The notes below the pieces were generated by a model. That model searched no databases, had not been told where the DNA came from, and saw only the letters and a program-made list of their open reading frames with translations. A stretch of 63,036 bases of DNA, filler included, from Octopus bimaculoides (lineage: Eukaryota), in NCBI RefSeq assembly GCF_001194135.2. It is 8 parts of 6 records of this genome, joined end to end, with 100 filler letters (N's around TTAATTAATTAA, not from the genome) between each part and the next. Parts side by side here need not be neighbours in the genome. Positions count along the whole stretch, not along the records: positions 58,811 to 61,408 come from NC_069000.1; positions 61,509 to 63,036 come from NW_026321690.1; 6 more parts are not named here. One strand, written 5' to 3'. Positions 58,856 to 63,036 of the stretch are shown in pieces; the first letter of the stretch is position 1, and every line of letters begins with the position of its first letter. Both the position numbers and the translations under genes were made by a program.

Positions 58856-60481
58856 CCTGTTTGCTTATCTGTCTATCTAATTATTCTGTTTGTTTGTCAT
58901 TCTATCTATTTATATATCTATATATCCTCTTGATTGTCTATCGACATATCTATGTATATACATGTGTGTGCATGTATGAGTGCGTGTGTGTGCTTGTGTG
59001 CATCTGTGTATGTGTGTATATGTGTGTGTCAGTGTAAACAGACAGACAAAAGTATCATTACTACGCACTACACAATATTCATACCTACAAGTATACGCAC
59101 AAATGAACTTCTCCAGTGCACTTAATCCTATTTCACACTCGTCCTTTACACACACACACACATGCACATACAACTCTTATAAACACAAATTTTCGTGTGT
59201 AAGTAACACTTATATGTTCACGTATCAACCATAAAAGAAGACACGTAATCACTCATAGCTATGCACACATACTTACACACAGATATGGTACCAAGTGAAT
59301 ACATTAAAGTGGACTGGGAAGTGTTCATTTACTATGGGTCTCTAGATCACTAGATCGATCGATCGTCACATATTACTGGTACAAACGATTTTATGCGTTA
59401 TGTATAAGACTGTGCGTGTATGCGGCACGTGCGTGCAAATGTGTATATGGACATACATACATATATACATTTATATATATANNNNNNNNNNNNNNNNNNN
59501 NNNNNNNNNNNNNNNNNNNNNNNNNNNNNNNNNNNNNNNNNNNNNNNNNNNNNNNNNNNNNNNNNNNNNNNNNNNNNNNNNNNNNNNNNNNNNNNNNNNN
59601 NNNNNNNNNNNNNNNNNNNNNNNNNNNNNNNNNNNNNNNNNNNNNNNNNNNNNNNNNNNNNNNNNNNNNNNNNNNNNNNNNNNNNNNNNNNNNNNNNNNN
59701 NNNNNNNNNNNNNNNNNNNNNNNNNNNNNNNNNNNNNNNNNNNNNNNNNNNNNNNNNNNNNNNNNNNNNNNNNNNNNNNNNNNNNNNNNNNNNNNNNNNN
59801 NNNNNNNNNNNNNNNNNNNNNNNNNNNNNNNNNNNNNNNNNNNNNNNNNNNNNNNNNNNNNNNNNNNNNNNNNNNNNNNNNNNNNNNNNNNNNNNNNNNN
59901 NNNNNNNNNNNNNNNNNNNNNNNNNNNNNNNNNNNNNNNNNNNNNNNNNNNNNNNNNNNNNNNNNNNNNNNNNNNNNNNNNNNNNNNNNNNNNNNNNNNN
60001 NNNNNNNNNNNNNNNNNNNNNNNNNNNNNNNNNNNNNNNNNNNNNNNNNNNNNNNNNNNNNNNNNNNNNNNNNNNNNNNNNNNNNNNNNNNNNNNNNNNN
60101 NNNNNNNNNNNNNNNNNNNNNNNNNNNNNNNNNNNNNNNNNNNNNNNNNNNNNNNNNNNNNNNNNNNNNNNNNNNNNNNNNNNNNNNNNNNNNNNNNNNN
60201 NNNNNNNNNNNNNNNNNNNNNNNNNNNNNNNNNNNNNNNNNNNNNNNNNNNNNNNNNNNNNNNNNNNNNNNNNNNNNNNNNNNNNNNNNNNNNNNNNNNN
60301 NNNNNNNNNNNNNNNNNNNNNNNNNNNNNNNNNNNNNNNNNNATATATATACTGTGGGCTTCTTACAGGTTCCGTCTATTGAGTCTGCTCACACACAAAG
60401 CTTTGGTCGGCTATAGTACAAGACAGTTTCCAAACCTGAAACCATACATACATACATACATACATATAGACAGACAGATAA

Positions 60482-60516
<35 letters not shown>

Positions 60517-60719
60517 TGCATACATATATATATATATATACATACATACATACATACATACATACATACACACATATATATATTAAGTATTATTTATATT
60601 CATATATATATGTGTACGTGTATGTGTATATATAAATACACATATATATATATATATGAGTGCGTGTGTGTGTATGTGTGTGAGTGATTGTGTCAGTGTG
60701 TGTGCATTTGCCCTTGTGT

Positions 60720-60930
60720 ATATTTGTCCCACACCACTGACTGACGACCTGTGTCGGTTTGTTTACGTCCTGTAACTTACCAGCTCGCCAAGAGAGACCG
60801 ATGGAATAACTACCAATACTGAAAAAAAAAAAAAAAAATTGCTCTGGTGTCAGTTCCTTCGACTATGATTCTTCAAGGTGGTGCCCCAGCATGGGCGCAG
60901 TCTAATGACTGAAACAAGTAAAAGGTAAAA
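60720..60930 (+). mobile_element. SINE family A 3' module
   Basis: gtttacgtcctgtaactta...ccagcatgggcgcagtctaatgactgaaacaagtaaaag. Confidence 0.8.
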
Positions 60931-61179
60931 CATACAATATGTACGTGTGTGTAAGTGTGTGTGTGTGTGAGTGTGTGTGTGTGTGTATGCGTGTGTGTGT
61001 CAGTGTTTGTGTTTGCCCACCACTACTTGACAACCGGTTCCGTGGTCTCGGCCTCGCTATCTCGCCGTTTGGCACGTGACTGGTAGAATGAGTTGCATAG
61101 GTCTTAACCCGGAACTTTCTAATCATACAACCACGCCTATTTAGTTATGTGTGTGTGTGTGCTTGTATACCTATATCTC

Positions 61180-61400
61180 TTTTACTCTTTTACTTGTTTC
61201 AGTCTTTTGACTGTGGCCATGCTGGAGCACCGCCTTTAGTCGAGCAAATCGACCCCAGGACTTATTCTTTGGAAGCCTAGTACTTATTCTTTCGGTCTCT
61301 TTTTGCCGAACCGCTAAGTTACGGGGACATAAACACACCAGCATCGGTTGTCAAGCGATGTTGGGGGGACAAACACAGACATACAAACACATACACACAT
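61180..61400 (-). mobile_element. SINE family A 3' module, young copy
   Basis: ctcttttactcttttacttgtttcagtc...gccgaaccgctaagttacgggg. Confidence 0.9.
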
Positions 61401-61559
61401 ACATATATNNNNNNNNNNNNNNNNNNNNNNNNNNNNNNNNNNNNNNNNNNNNTTAATTAATTAANNNNNNNNNNNNNNNNNNNNNNNNNNNNNNNNNNNN
61501 NNNNNNNNTCCAAAATTTCAGACCTTGCCCCTTTATTAGAAAGAGTTGTTGCGAAATTT

Positions 61560-62545
61560 CTATCTTTCTTAAGTCAAAAGAAATGGCACAATTTTGATCC
61601 AGTGGCCTTATTATAATCCTTTCCAGCCGTGACCATCCCGTGTAATATTTTATCATGGTGCACCTTGGACTACATTATCTAATGTATCATTCCTTATTCT
61701 TTACGTCTTTGATGGTTGTTAGCCAGCGCCGATGCTATAAGCCAATGAATTTACTTGTTCCAGCCGTGGCCGTCCCGTCTTTTGTCTTGGCCAATTGTAT
61801 CTTGGATTACATTACCTAATGTGTCTCTACTTGCTGTTAATTTTGTTGTTGTTGTTGTTGTTGTAAATCCCGAGTTTAGTGCTGAGCCAACAGATTGGCG
61901 ATCAGCGACGTTCCAACTGTGACCATCCCCTCTTGTGTTTTGGAATAGTGTATCGTGGACTACATTACCTAATGCATCCCTCCTTGTTGTTGTTGTTGTT
62001 GTTGTTAAGCTTCTGGTTAATGATGAGCCAACAGATTTACGATCAACGCTCTCCTAATCGTGACCATCTCGTCTTTTGTCTTGGCGTAGTGTATCTAGGA
62101 ATACGTTATGTAACATGTCCTCTTTTGCTGTTGTGGTTGCTTGACTTCAGTTGTCTCGATCTAGCAGAGATATCACTGATCTGTGCCGTTCCAGATATGA
62201 CCATCCCTTCTTATATTCATAGTGTATCTAGTACTTCATTATTTTATGTATCCTTGCTTGTTCTTACCGTTTAGCCCCAGGTCAGTCCTGTTCCACCTGA
62301 CTATGATCAATGATGTTCCAGCGGTGACCACCACAGCTGTTACTGAGACACTGTATCTTAGACTACATTATCCAATGTGTCCTTCCTTGAGGTCAATCTT
62401 GATTTAGCAGACCTCTGATCGAAGGCGTTCCAGCTATGACCCTCCTGTCTTTTAAACAGTTTTAGTGTATCTATGACTACTACGTTCCTTGTTACTGTTG
62501 TTTAGCCCCCAGGCCTGCCGGGATCCAGCAGACCTAGGACCAAAA
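61560..62545 (-). repeat. Head-to-tail array of ~7 diverged 110-150-bp units separated by (TTG)n; retroposon-3'-end-like
   Basis: ttccagc..tgaccatcc recurs at ~61622, 61760, 61912, 62050, 62190, 62316 and 62428, most followed by gtatct.ggactacatt. Confidence 0.85.
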
Positions 62546-62739
62546 TTGTTCTCGTTGCTCCTCTCCGATCCTTTTTCCAGACGAAGTTTATCTTGGTCTA
62601 CATTATTTAATGTGTCTGCAGAAATAGCTCTGATGAAAGTAGCATTACTTTTCTTAAATCGTTCAATTTTCCTCAATTCTTCAATAACCCAATTGAGTAA
62701 ACCTATCACAAACAAACCTACAATGACCACTGAAAACAG
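62452..62739 (-). CDS. Candidate exon of an unidentified gene: hydrophobic helix then charged segment
   Basis: ggcttacag acceptor, then LFSVVIVGLFVIGLLNWVIEELRKIERFKKSN... open to TAA at 62452; no homology recognised. Confidence 0.3.
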   Translation of the reverse strand: MFSVVIVGLFVIGLLNWVIEELRKIERFKKSNATFIRAISADTLNNVDQDKLRLEKGSERSNENNFGPRSAGSRQAWGLNNSNKERSSHRYTKTV

Positions 62740-62998
62740 CTGTAAGCCAAGTTTGCTCAAATAAAGGAATAACTTGCAATGACCATTATTTTTAATTTGT
62801 TTCTTAAATATCACTCTTGTGTAAAAACCAGTGCAGCCCATCCACGGATTTACAATATAGAAATGTGATGAACCATAGCCTTGGACACTACTAAAGGATT
62901 ACTTTGAGTTCTTCGCTAACCTAAACAATATTGTTAGCCTGGGGTGCCAACAGAGATTATGAAGTATTTTGCCCGAGTTGATAATTCCCTGCTATTTG

Positions 62999-63036
<38 letters not shown>

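Noticed and set aside
719-60489. Long ORFs in the track that run through X residues (e.g. 3730-4863, 26761-27563, 59400-60489)
   Set aside because: They are open only because N-gaps contain no stops.

Overview
AT-rich, microsatellite- and SINE-dense animal genomic DNA from a gapped draft assembly. The repeat content resembles an octopus/coleoid cephalopod genome, which is my inference from recall and not a database result. Seven identical 100-bp spacers (44 N + TTAATTAATTAA + 44 N) split the window into eight independently assembled segments, so order across them is uncertain. Two partial housekeeping genes were reconstructed by hand with phase-consistent GT-AG introns: SRPRA (+, 8 internal exons, 12674-19520) and NUP188 (-, 15 internal exons, 45077-28185). 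Both lack their 5' and 3' exons in the visible sequence. The rest is mostly mobile DNA: a complete mariner with TA TSD carrying a 141-bp solo-LTR-like insert, a Chapaev3-type element with TAA TSD, Tigger and pogo remnants, R4/Dong-like RLE LINE fragments (one split by a 660-bp MITE and a SINE), CR1-like and Penelope-like fragments, and three SINE families. The most notable unexplained structures are a type-I hammerhead ribozyme motif beside the Penelope-like element (48151-48206), a head-to-head (TTAGGG)n/(CCCTAA)n foldback (3279-3530), a perfect 26-bp hairpin (26065-26120) and a chain of about seven retroposon-tail units (61560-62545). No prokaryotic features, CRISPR arrays, rRNA or intact tRNA genes are supported.
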